Shown here: positions 34,884 through 43,908 of the stretch, one piece after another
How the letters are laid out: every line of letters begins with the position of its first letter
Numbering within the stretch: the first letter of the stretch is position 1
From: Verrucomicrobiota bacterium
Lineage (GTDB): Bacteria; Verrucomicrobiota; Verrucomicrobiia; Limisphaerales; UBA11358
Assembly (NCBI GenBank): GCA_049523555.1
Contig: JBEKMU010000010.1
Coordinates: forward strand, 1,395-65,394
Direction of reading: 5' to 3'
DNA length: 64,000 nucleotides
The notes under the pieces: generated by a model
The model's input: only the letters and a program-made list of their open reading frames with translations
Told to the model about the DNA's origin: nothing
The model's database searches: none
Made by a program: the position numbers and the translations under genes

Positions 34884-36158
34884 ATGACACAACAACGTTG
34901 GTTGCGCATCATCCCCGTCGCGTTGCTCATGTACACGATTTCGTACATTGATCGCACCAACGTTTCGCTCGCCCTCGACCCGAAAATTTCTTCGTTGATG
35001 CACGATTTGCTCATGGACGACAAAATGAAAGGCGAGTTGGCGGGAATCTTCTTCATCGGCTATCTTCTGCTGCAGATTCCGGGAGGTTATCTGGCATCGC
35101 GCTGGAGCGCCCGCAAACTCATCAGTTTGTGTCTGATCGCCTGGGGAGCGTGCGCCGTCGGTTGCGGGCTGGCACAAACCTTTAGGCAGTTTGAAGTCAT
35201 GCGTTTTTTCCTGGGCGTGGCGGAAAGCGCCGTGTTTCCGGCCACCCTGGTCCTGCTGGCCAGTTGGTTTCCGCGCGCCGAACGCGCCCGCGCCAACTCT
35301 TACTGGCTTCTGTGCCAGCCGCTCGCCGTCGCCGGCTCCGCGCCCATCACCGGCTGGCTGCTCGGAAAATACGGCTGGCAACAGATGTTGATTCTCGAGG
35401 GAATTTTGCCATTCATCTGGCTGCCCATCTGGTGGTTTTTCATTCGTGACCATCCGCATGAAGCAAAATGGATTTCCGACGAAGAAAAAAATCAGATCGA
35501 AACGATATTGAAAAATGAAGCGAACGAATTGGAGCCGCCGCAAAAGATCTCGTGGGCGAAAAGATTAGCCCATCCATCAATTCTCATCATGGTCGTGCTT
35601 TATTTCCTGCACAACTGTGCGGTTTACGGCTATATGCCTTTTTTTACGAACGGCTTGAAAGACCGTGACTTTAGTCCGTTACAACATGGAATTCTCTTTG
35701 CTATTCCCTATGCTGTTACGGCAATTGTAATGGTTATTAACTCGTGGCATTCAGATAAGACTCACGAGCGGCGTGGCCATGTCGCCGTGGTTTACGCAAT
35801 GAGCGGAGTCAGTCTTATCTTGAGTGTTGTATTGAGCGATCATTTTTGGATTTCCTATGGATTTGCATGTTTGGCGATTCCCGGTCCTTTTGCAGCGATG
35901 GCTCCGTTTTGGGCCATTCCGGGCGAAACCCTGCCGCGCAATGTGATGGGCACTGTCATGGGCGTGGTCAATGCCTTCGGCAATCTCGGTGGATTTGTCG
36001 GACCTCTGATGGTCGGACGGTTGTTGAAAGAATATCATAGCACCGCGATTGCGTTTAATGTTCTCGGCGCGGGAATGCTCGCTTGCGTCGTGCTTGCGTT
36101 TCTGCTGCCGAAAACCGGGCGGCAAATTATCATGACTGGACGCCCGCCAACGGCGTAA
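34884..36158 (+). CDS. MFS transporter (anion:cation symporter / sugar-acid type)
   Basis: 12-helix profile with YIDRTNVSLA and GYLLLQIPGGYLASRW motifs. Confidence 0.8.
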   Translation: MTQQRWLRIIPVALLMYTISYIDRTNVSLALDPKISSLMHDLLMDDKMKGELAGIFFIGYLLLQIPGGYLASRWSARKLISLCLIAWGACAVGCGLAQTFRQFEVMRFFLGVAESAVFPATLVLLASWFPRAERARANSYWLLCQPLAVAGSAPITGWLLGKYGWQQMLILEGILPFIWLPIWWFFIRDHPHEAKWISDEEKNQIETILKNEANELEPPQKISWAKRLAHPSILIMVVLYFLHNCAVYGYMPFFTNGLKDRDFSPLQHGILFAIPYAVTAIVMVINSWHSDKTHERRGHVAVVYAMSGVSLILSVVLSDHFWISYGFACLAIPGPFAAMAPFWAIPGETLPRNVMGTVMGVVNAFGNLGGFVGPLMVGRLLKEYHSTAIAFNVLGAGMLACVVLAFLLPKTGRQIIMTGRPPTA

Positions 36159-36172
36159 GCGGATTGAAAAAC

Positions 36173-37030
36173 ATGAAACTCTGCCGGTTCAAAGACAAGC
36201 AAGGCCAGGTTCTCGTGGCTATGGTCGCGGACGATTCCACGTTGCTCGACCTGACCCCGGCAGGAATCACGCAACTGCATCCGCTGCTGGAGCGTGACAA
36301 TCTGGTTTCCCAACTAGACAAAATCGCGAAACAAAACCTGCCCCGCCTGGCGTTGTCGGAAGTTCAATTGTGCGCGCCGGTGGAGCGGCAGGAAGTCTGG
36401 GCGGCGGGCGTTACCTACCTGCGCAGCAAGACCGCCCGCATGAAGGAATCCGATTTCAGCGCCATTGCTTACGATGAGGTTTATGCGGCAGAACGGCCGG
36501 AACTTTTTTTCAAATCGCTCGCGGAAAAAGTCGTCGCGACCAGCGAACCAGTGGGCATCCGCCGGGATGCGCGCTGGAATGTGCCGGAACCGGAGCTGGC
36601 GCTGGTGTTGAATTCAAAGGGCAAAATCGTCGGCCACACCATTGGCAACGACATGAGTTCGCGTGACATCGAAGGGGAAAATCTGCTCTATCTGCCGCAG
36701 GCGAAAATTTACACCGGCTCCTGCGCTCTCGGCCCGTGGATTGAGGTTGGCACTGATGAAGCAACGGCGCGGGAATGGAAAATCCGGCTGGCCATCCGGC
36801 GAAAGGGCGAAAGCGTCTTTGCGGGCGAAACCTCGGTTGGCCAGATTAAACGCCGTTTCGAGGAACTGGCCGGGTTTCTCTTCCGCAGCCAGGTTTTTCC
36901 CCATGGCGCTGTTTTGCTGACCGGAACCGGCATCGTCCCGCCCGAAACTTTTACGCTGCAGGAGGGGGATGTGGTTGAGATCGAAATCACCGGAATCGGT
37001 TTGCTCAGGAACCCGGTGATGGTAGTTTGA
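36173..37030 (+). CDS. fumarylacetoacetate hydrolase family protein (likely 2-keto-3-deoxy-xylonate dehydratase, XylX-like)
   Basis: FAH-fold sequence. Positioned between the sugar-acid transporter and KGSADH. Confidence 0.75.
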   Translation: MKLCRFKDKQGQVLVAMVADDSTLLDLTPAGITQLHPLLERDNLVSQLDKIAKQNLPRLALSEVQLCAPVERQEVWAAGVTYLRSKTARMKESDFSAIAYDEVYAAERPELFFKSLAEKVVATSEPVGIRRDARWNVPEPELALVLNSKGKIVGHTIGNDMSSRDIEGENLLYLPQAKIYTGSCALGPWIEVGTDEATAREWKIRLAIRRKGESVFAGETSVGQIKRRFEELAGFLFRSQVFPHGAVLLTGTGIVPPETFTLQEGDVVEIEITGIGLLRNPVMVV

Positions 37031-37038
37031 CGGCTGCC

Positions 37039-38652
37039 ATGAACTTACACGGCCAGAATTTTATCGGCGACCAACTCAGCCCCGGCGCGGGGAAAACTTT
37101 CCGCGCCACCAGCCCGCTGGACAGCACGCCTTTTCCGCCCACCTTCCATTTCGCCGGGGCAAAAGACGTGGACGCCGCCATGGAACTGGCCGGGGCGGCC
37201 TTTGAAACATATCGCGCAACCACCGGCGAACAGCGCGCGGCGTTTCTCGAACGCATTGCCGATGAAATCATGGCGCTGGGTGACGACCTCATCACCCGCG
37301 CGCATCAGGAAACCGGACTGCCTGAAGCGCGGCTGACGGGCGAACGCGCGCGCACCGCCGGCCAGCTCAAACTGTTCGCGCAGGTCGTCCGCGAAGGTTC
37401 GTGGGTGGACGCGCGCATTGACACGGCCATTCCCGACCGGCAGCCGGCGCCCAAACCCGATTTGCGTCGGATGCTAATTCCCATTGGCCCGGTGATTGTT
37501 TTCGGGTCGAGCAATTTTCCGCTCGCTTTCTCGGTGGCCGGGGGCGACACCGCGTCGGCGTTGGCCACCGGCAACCCAGTGGTGGTGAAAGCGCACAGCG
37601 GTCATCCGGGCACGTCGGAACTGGTCGCAACCGCCGTTCGCCGGGCCGTGGTCGCGTGCGGCCTGCCCGCCGGTGTGTTCTCGATGTTGCACGGGGCCGG
37701 CAAAGTGATTGGCATTTCGCTGGTCCGGCATCCAGCCGCCCGGGCGGTTGGCTTCACCGGGTCGCGCGCCGCCGGACGCGCTTTGTTTGACGCGGCCGCC
37801 GCGCGACCGGAGCCGATTCCGGTATTCGCCGAGATGAGCAGCCTGAACCCGATTTTCATTCTGCCGGAAGCGATGCGCGGGCAGACGGCCAAAATTTCCG
37901 AAGGTTTGCGGGCGTCGGTGACGCTGGGGGTCGGGCAATTCTGCACGAAGCCCGGTTTGGTTTTCGGTTTGCACGGCACCGGGTTCGACCAATTTCAGAA
38001 GGCACTCGGGCAATTGTTTGAAACCACGGCGCCCGCCACGATGCTGCACGGGGGCATTTGCGAATCGTATCATCAGGGTCTGGTCCGCGCTTCGGAAACG
38101 AGCGGCGTAACGTTGCTCGCGCGCTCAAAGGAAAATCCGGATGCCAAAAAAACGCACGGCGAAACGGTTGTCGTCTGCACTGACGCAAGCAATTTCCGGA
38201 AACATCCGGAGCTGGCGGAGGAGGTGTTCGGGCCGTTCGCGTTGTTGGTCTCAGCGCAGACGATGGCGGAACTGGAAGACATCGCCGAAAATCTGGAAGG
38301 CCAGCTCACGGCCACCGTGCATGGCACACCCGGCGATTTGCAACAGGCGAACCGGTTGTTGAAGACCTTGGAACGCAAGGCGGGCCGGTTGCTCATCAAC
38401 GGTTTTCCGACCGGCGTTGAAGTGTGTCCTGCGATGAATCACGGCGGCCCGTATCCGGCCACGACCGACGTGCGCTTTACTTCCGTGGGAACGGCGGCGC
38501 TATATCGTTTTGTCCGTCCGATTTGTTACCAGAATTTCCCCGCTTCGCTGCTGCCGGACGCGTTGAAAGATGAAAATCCCCTGAACCTCTGGCGTTTACT
38601 GAATGGGAAAATGGCCAAGGATGCGGTCAACGCCGGTCTTCCCAAGACCTGA
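37039..38652 (+). CDS. aldehyde dehydrogenase, alpha-ketoglutarate semialdehyde dehydrogenase-like
   Basis: ALDH superfamily blocks (VVFGSSNFPLAFS, GQFCTKPG) and KGSADH-like length. Confidence 0.8.
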   Translation: MNLHGQNFIGDQLSPGAGKTFRATSPLDSTPFPPTFHFAGAKDVDAAMELAGAAFETYRATTGEQRAAFLERIADEIMALGDDLITRAHQETGLPEARLTGERARTAGQLKLFAQVVREGSWVDARIDTAIPDRQPAPKPDLRRMLIPIGPVIVFGSSNFPLAFSVAGGDTASALATGNPVVVKAHSGHPGTSELVATAVRRAVVACGLPAGVFSMLHGAGKVIGISLVRHPAARAVGFTGSRAAGRALFDAAAARPEPIPVFAEMSSLNPIFILPEAMRGQTAKISEGLRASVTLGVGQFCTKPGLVFGLHGTGFDQFQKALGQLFETTAPATMLHGGICESYHQGLVRASETSGVTLLARSKENPDAKKTHGETVVVCTDASNFRKHPELAEEVFGPFALLVSAQTMAELEDIAENLEGQLTATVHGTPGDLQQANRLLKTLERKAGRLLINGFPTGVEVCPAMNHGGPYPATTDVRFTSVGTAALYRFVRPICYQNFPASLLPDALKDENPLNLWRLLNGKMAKDAVNAGLPKT

Positions 38653-38697
38653 GCAAATCCCGGTCAAGGCTCACGCGCCACTCGCCGTTGTAGAACT

Positions 38698-40017
38698 TTA
38701 TTGCCTCACGGGCGCGGGTTTGTCCGCCTTCAAGGCCGGCAGCCAATCGTAGTAGGCGCGATGAAAGAAAGGTTCCTGCGAACCATGTACGTTTTGATGG
38801 CCGGAGTTCGCAAGAATGATGACTTCCTTTGGCGAAGTGATTCTGTTTGCGTCGGCCAGAATGCTCGACGGCGGCGCGAGTTGTTCATCGTGCAATCCAA
38901 GAGCGATGAGCACGGGGCATTTGATGCGGCGCGCAAAGTTCGCCGGGTCGTAATACCGGCTGGTTTCATGCACTTTTTTCGGGTCCTTGCCGTCGGTGTT
39001 GAAATACCAGTTCGGAAAGCCCGTCGCGCGCCCGGCTTCGGGGGCCAGCATGTCGGAAGCCGCCGGTACGAGTGCCAGCGCGGCAGTGATGTCTTCGGGA
39101 CACAAGCCCGCGAGCATCAACGTCTGCTGTCCGCCCTGGCTTTGACCCATCACGACGAATGTTTTGCCATCCCAATCAGGACGTGACTTCAGATATTTCA
39201 TGGCCTGGACGCAGGACAGATACATCCGCAAATAATAGCTCTGGTCGCGGTCGTCGTTGCCGATGTTCCAATAATTTTTGAGCGGCCCGTCATACTCCTC
39301 CTTGTAAAACGATTCCGGTTGGTCAATCGGGATATCGTGGGCTTCGATGTTCAGCGCCAGCCAGCCGTCCTTGGCACGGTCGGTCACCCAGCTTTTCTGC
39401 AATCCGTAAACACCGGCCCATTGCGGGATGAGCAAGGCCGGGAATTTTTGGCCTTTTTCAGGACGCGCAATCTGTCCTTCGATGTGCGTGCCACCGATGT
39501 TGTCCAAGGTGATTTTCCAATACGCCACACCCGGCTTTCCACTGTCCACTTTTTCGAGCTTCGGATGGGCGGGGACTTTCTTCAACATCTTCAGCTTGGC
39601 CTTCCAGAACGCATCGAAATCGGCTGGCGGCGGGGCGGCAGGCAGGATTTTATCCGGTGCAGCGACGGCACCACCCCAGACACGATTGGAGTTATTCTCC
39701 GGTTGCCACTGCACTTCGACCAGCATCGTGTTCGGTTTGTCGAACTTGGATTCCAGCGTGGCGGCATCGTTGCTGAAGGTCAGCTCACCCTGTCCCACCT
39801 CCGTAAAGCCGCCGCTCTTGAGGATATAATGCGCGGCGGGCGCGTTCGTGCCGCCCCTCCATTCGACCGTCCAATGAACGGTTTCGCCAATCTGATAAAT
39901 GCCGTTTGATTTGTCCGGCGCGACCACCATCGGTTGCGCGCAACAAAAATTCGCAACCGCCAAAAAAACCGACGCAATAACAAAATTGGAAGCGTGTTTG
40001 TATTGCATAAGGCGCAC
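38698..40017 (-). CDS. acetylxylan esterase (AXE1/CE7-like) with signal peptide
   Basis: GQSQGG nucleophile elbow, with later Asp (GLHDE) and His (SGHQ). N-terminal signal peptide. Confidence 0.75.
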   Translation of the reverse strand: MRLMQYKHASNFVIASVFLAVANFCCAQPMVVAPDKSNGIYQIGETVHWTVEWRGGTNAPAAHYILKSGGFTEVGQGELTFSNDAATLESKFDKPNTMLVEVQWQPENNSNRVWGGAVAAPDKILPAAPPPADFDAFWKAKLKMLKKVPAHPKLEKVDSGKPGVAYWKITLDNIGGTHIEGQIARPEKGQKFPALLIPQWAGVYGLQKSWVTDRAKDGWLALNIEAHDIPIDQPESFYKEEYDGPLKNYWNIGNDDRDQSYYLRMYLSCVQAMKYLKSRPDWDGKTFVVMGQSQGGQQTLMLAGLCPEDITAALALVPAASDMLAPEAGRATGFPNWYFNTDGKDPKKVHETSRYYDPANFARRIKCPVLIALGLHDEQLAPPSSILADANRITSPKEVIILANSGHQNVHGSQEPFFHRAYYDWLPALKADKPAPVRQ

Positions 40018-40025
40018 GGGTTGTA

Positions 40026-40352
40026 CTAGGCAGTGATAAAAATTTCGCTGTCCGTGATTTGCAATTCAACGCCCGCGGCCTTCGCGGCTTCTTGAAGGGC
40101 GGCATTCAGCATTACCACCGGATCTCTGCTGACGTCGAGCCGGCGCATCAAACCTTCGCCTTTTTTGGTGCCGACGGTGAGCGTCAATTTCAGGCCTTTG
40201 CGTTTGCAACTGACGCGCGTGCCGTCGGGCAGTTTGGTGTTCATCGGTTTGATGAAGGCATCAGTGTAATGCACGCCGATGCCCGATTTATCGGCGGAAC
40301 CAGGCGGAAGTTTTTCCTTGGCCGCCGCATTGATGTCACAAAGCTTTGTCAT
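40026..40352 (-). CDS. hypothetical 108-aa protein, co-oriented with the corrinoid reactivation genes
   Basis: ORF lies 25 nt after the upstream gene and 8 nt before the esterase gene. GGGGAA lies upstream of the ATG. Confidence 0.5.
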   Translation of the reverse strand: MTKLCDINAAAKEKLPPGSADKSGIGVHYTDAFIKPMNTKLPDGTRVSCKRKGLKLTLTVGTKKGEGLMRRLDVSRDPVVMLNAALQEAAKAAGVELQITDSEIFITA

Positions 40353-40377
40353 AGAGAGTTCCCCATCATTTCAAAAA

Positions 40378-41664
40378 TCACGCCGGTTGTCCAACTCTAC
40401 TCGCTTCCTTTTCACGCCGGACCAGTGCGTAATGAATCACTTCAAAGACCAGACCCCATTTGTGTTCGCGCCGGGCCGAATCGCAATAACAGCCGGAGGG
40501 ATCGTAGGGACGTTCCCAGGCCAGAACCGCGTTCAAAGGTTTGCCGAGCAGGGGTTTCTCGTTCGCAATGCTGCTCATGAGCGACACGGCATTGTTCAGA
40601 TACTCGCACTGGTATTGATAGCCGATGTCGCCGGGAACCGGAACGCAACCGGTGGCCAGAATCCGGTAGCCGTCGTCAGGCGGTCCGAGTTTAACTTCGT
40701 AGTCAAAGGCCAGCGGCCGCCCCATGTTGGAACAGGTGGTGCCTTCATAACGGAATCGGGCTGCCACCGTACCGTCTGCCAAAAATTTCAATTGCAGCCG
40801 TTCCTGCGACCATTTTTGCAGCGCGCGGGTGTTGATGCGGTATCGGGCGTCATGATTCAACGTTGAACCGGTTGCGACCGGCGTGTCTGGTTCTTCAACC
40901 GCACCGCCTTGAAGCCGGCGAACGTCTTCGATTTGCGGCGGCGAATGCCGATACGGCGCGCGGCGATATTGACAGCGCGGCAGCGAGCAATTTTCGCAGG
41001 GAATCAGGGTCGCCAGGTCCCGCACTGTGTCCAAATGCCGCGTGATGCCGAACACCGCCAGGAGCGATTTCTTGGGGCGCAACATCCCGGTGTCCAGCAC
41101 GTCAATGTCGCCGGGAAAATCGCGGTCCGGTTTTTGCCGGATCAATTTCCACAGTTTGATTTGATCGGATATGTCCCAACCTGAATAACCCGGACTGTAA
41201 TGCGGCAGGGCCGCCATGCCGTTTTGATCGGCCCAGCCACAGATGTGGCCGCTGGCCACCGTCACCAGATGCTCGACCACCGCGGAACCGTACATCTCCA
41301 TGAAAAAATATTCGTCCGGTTTTCTCTCCTGCCAGAGTTGTCGCGCCCTGGCCTCGCATTCCGGCCCGGCGCTCACCGCGACGAGCACCGCCGCGTGAGC
41401 CCGAGCGGTGGTGAATTGATCGTGAAGCTGTTTCGACGTGAATTCCGTTCCGCGCACCCGCAACCGTTTGTTTTTCAGTTCAAGGCCGCCAGTCTGCCGG
41501 GCATAAATCCATGGTTTCCCGTTTTCCGCATACCAGGCCCGCGCCCATTCAGCGAGTTCGCGCGCCCGCCCGTCCGGCGTGTGACGTTTCGGATATCCGA
41601 GCAACCGGTGGTATTCGGCTTCCTGCACGTTGATGGCGGGATGGGTGTCAATCAGTTCGAACAT
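40378..41664 (-). CDS. MetH activation-domain-like protein fused to a Cys-containing C-terminal domain of unknown function
   Basis: EYFFMEMYGSAVVEHL...SPGYSGWDISDQ..LW.L...VLDTGMLRPKKSLLAVFG resembles the B12-dependent methionine synthase activation region. Confidence 0.5.
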   Translation of the reverse strand: MFELIDTHPAINVQEAEYHRLLGYPKRHTPDGRARELAEWARAWYAENGKPWIYARQTGGLELKNKRLRVRGTEFTSKQLHDQFTTARAHAAVLVAVSAGPECEARARQLWQERKPDEYFFMEMYGSAVVEHLVTVASGHICGWADQNGMAALPHYSPGYSGWDISDQIKLWKLIRQKPDRDFPGDIDVLDTGMLRPKKSLLAVFGITRHLDTVRDLATLIPCENCSLPRCQYRRAPYRHSPPQIEDVRRLQGGAVEEPDTPVATGSTLNHDARYRINTRALQKWSQERLQLKFLADGTVAARFRYEGTTCSNMGRPLAFDYEVKLGPPDDGYRILATGCVPVPGDIGYQYQCEYLNNAVSLMSSIANEKPLLGKPLNAVLAWERPYDPSGCYCDSARREHKWGLVFEVIHYALVRREKEASRVGQPA

Positions 41665-41681
41665 GGCAAAAATCAGGAAAT

Positions 41682-43334
41682 TTACCGGGCCGCGGCAGCG
41701 TTGGGAGATATCACGGGATTGAACTGGCAGCCTTCCACGAAGTAATCGAAGAAATGCGGATGGGTTTCCAAACGGCAGTGCGTCACGCGTTTGACCATGT
41801 CTTCCAGTTCCAGGCGCTTCGTCCGCGACAACAGGGCGATGCAGGCGCCTTCAATCGAGGCGTTGCCGACCTGCAAAATTTTTGAATCGGCAATGTTCGG
41901 AATCAGGCCAATGCGTTTCGAGGATTCGACGTCCAGATGCCGGCCAAAGCCGCCGGCCAGATAAAAAACGTCCAAGTCTTCAAACCGGATTCCGTATTGC
42001 TCGAAGATGATGTGCAGGCCCGCGACATTGGCGCCTTTGGCCTGCGCCAGCTCGTTGATGTCGCTTTCGGAAAAATAAATCGGCGAATCGCTGTTCACAT
42101 CGAGGACAATCTTATCCTCACCGTGCTCAAACCGGCCCAGGGAATTGATGCGATGGTTTCTCAGAAGTTCACTCAACAAATCCACCAGGCCGGAACCGCA
42201 GATGCCTTCCGCGGGTCCGTCGCCAATCACTTGCACGGAAAACGAACCGTCCGCGTTCAGCTTCACCTTTTCAATGGCGCCCGGCAGTCCCGGCATGCCG
42301 CAGGAAATCTTGCCGCCCTCAAACGCCGGGCCGGCCGGACAGGAGGTCGCAAAAATCTTGTGTTTATTTCCCAGAATCAATTCCGTGTTCGTGCCGATGT
42401 CCATGACGGCCACCAGCCGCTCCTCATTCGCCAAATCCACGGCCAGCATGCAGGCAGCGGCGTCCGCGCCGACGTGACCGCTGATGATCGGCAGGCCGTA
42501 GGCGCGCGCCCGGGGATGAAGCGGCAGCAACAATTTTTTCGCCGGTTCGACCAGGCTGGTCGTTGTCCGGCGGCCTTCCGCCATTTCCAGTTCGGTGAGG
42601 GAGCGGTAGGGGCTTTGGCCGATGGAATAAACGTTCAGGCGGAAGAACATGTCGCGCATGGTTGAATTGCCGGCGACGACCAGTTCGTAAATCGTCCTTG
42701 GGTCAACCGGGAATTCCTCGATGGCGTGGCTTAAATATCCGGCGAGCGTCCGTTGCAGCAGTTTGCTGTGGTCGTGCGTGTCGTAATGGATGCGCGCCAT
42801 CACGTCCGAGCCGCCAAAGCGTTGCGGATTTTCAAATGAAGCATCGGCGACGACCTCGCCGGTTTCCAGGTTCAAGAGCCGGAGCACGATGGTCGTGGTC
42901 CCCAAATCCAGCGCCAACCCGTGGATCGGCCCGGTCGAGCGGTCAATTTCCTCGCCGTCCAGAAGAATCCGGTCGCCGTCGCGGGTGACGGCAGGGTCCA
43001 GCTTCCATTTTTGATTTCCCGTCGGGAGTTGAAACGCGTGGCGTTCGATTTTCATCTCCCCGCGCCGCATCGTGTGGCAGCGGACGACGCCGGAGTCGGC
43101 AACGATTTTACAGGAGCAGGACAGCCGGAACTGGCCCTGCAAATGTTTTTCCGCCGGCACGGGTGGGGAAAGACACTCCATGCCTTCGATGACCTCCACG
43201 ACACACTCCTTGCATTTGCCCTGCTTGCGGCAGGACGTCGGCACATGCACGCCGAGCGATTCGGCGTAATCGAACAGCGACGAACCCGGCGTGACGCCGG
43301 TTCGCCGGCCGTTGAAATGTAGTTCGACACTCAT
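41682..43334 (-). CDS. reductive activator of corrinoid proteins (RACo-type: 2Fe-2S ferredoxin domain + ASKHA ATPase)
   Basis: N-terminal CRKQGKCKECVV is a plant-type ferredoxin motif. Long ASKHA-like body (LALDLGTTT, DIGTNTE). Confidence 0.8.
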   Translation of the reverse strand: MSVELHFNGRRTGVTPGSSLFDYAESLGVHVPTSCRKQGKCKECVVEVIEGMECLSPPVPAEKHLQGQFRLSCSCKIVADSGVVRCHTMRRGEMKIERHAFQLPTGNQKWKLDPAVTRDGDRILLDGEEIDRSTGPIHGLALDLGTTTIVLRLLNLETGEVVADASFENPQRFGGSDVMARIHYDTHDHSKLLQRTLAGYLSHAIEEFPVDPRTIYELVVAGNSTMRDMFFRLNVYSIGQSPYRSLTELEMAEGRRTTTSLVEPAKKLLLPLHPRARAYGLPIISGHVGADAAACMLAVDLANEERLVAVMDIGTNTELILGNKHKIFATSCPAGPAFEGGKISCGMPGLPGAIEKVKLNADGSFSVQVIGDGPAEGICGSGLVDLLSELLRNHRINSLGRFEHGEDKIVLDVNSDSPIYFSESDINELAQAKGANVAGLHIIFEQYGIRFEDLDVFYLAGGFGRHLDVESSKRIGLIPNIADSKILQVGNASIEGACIALLSRTKRLELEDMVKRVTHCRLETHPHFFDYFVEGCQFNPVISPNAAAAR

Positions 43335-43500
43335 GCGACTGGCTTTGCGCGTATGATTCAAATTAGCATCATAAATGCTTTCTTGAGTTCAGGCAACGAT
43401 GGAGTAAGGCAGGGAAGCCAAGCCTCGACTTGGGCGCAGTGGATTACATTACCAAACTGTTTGACGCGCAGGATTTCGTCTCGCGGATTTGGCTTTCACG

Positions 43501-43731
43501 TCACTCGGAAGGCATCAACCGCTTCCAAGTGCAACGGAGTCCCAATTGAATCCGAAAAGCCGTTGTGACGAGAATGTTGATTTCCCCTGCTTCAATTTTC
43601 TGGAGGTTCCGCGTGGCGATTTCGGCTCGTTCGGCCAATTCATCCTGCGTCAAACCTTTGCGTACCCGTTCCCGGCGCACATTGGCACCGAAGACCTTGA
43701 CTCGTTTCCATTCTTTCTTGGAGATGGCCAC
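43501..43731 (-). CDS. XRE-family HTH transcriptional regulator (paralogue 2)
   Basis: FGANVRRERVRKGLTQDELAERAEIATRNLQKIEAGE. Shares the ...LRC(S/T)W..L tail with 23165..23407. Confidence 0.8.
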   Translation of the reverse strand: MAISKKEWKRVKVFGANVRRERVRKGLTQDELAERAEIATRNLQKIEAGEINILVTTAFRIQLGLRCTWKRLMPSE

Positions 43732-43765
43732 GACACATTACATCGCCCCCTAATGCTAAAAATGA

Positions 43766-43781
43766 ACGATACATATATCGT
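43766..43781. promoter_or_regulatory. candidate operator palindrome in the divergent XRE / giant-protein intergenic region
   Basis: ACGATA-CATA-TATCGT (6-4-6 perfect inverted repeat), 35 nt upstream of the XRE start codon. Confidence 0.3.
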
Positions 43782-43908
43782 GAAAACGTTTTGGATTCTG
43801 CTTGCCAAAGGCGGCGGGTTTTTGAAGTGTCAGTTCGAGTCTCCTCGGGGTTAAAAATTTTTGGGCAGAACAAGCAATTTGATCCGTATTAACAACGGAA
43901 GGAAACAC

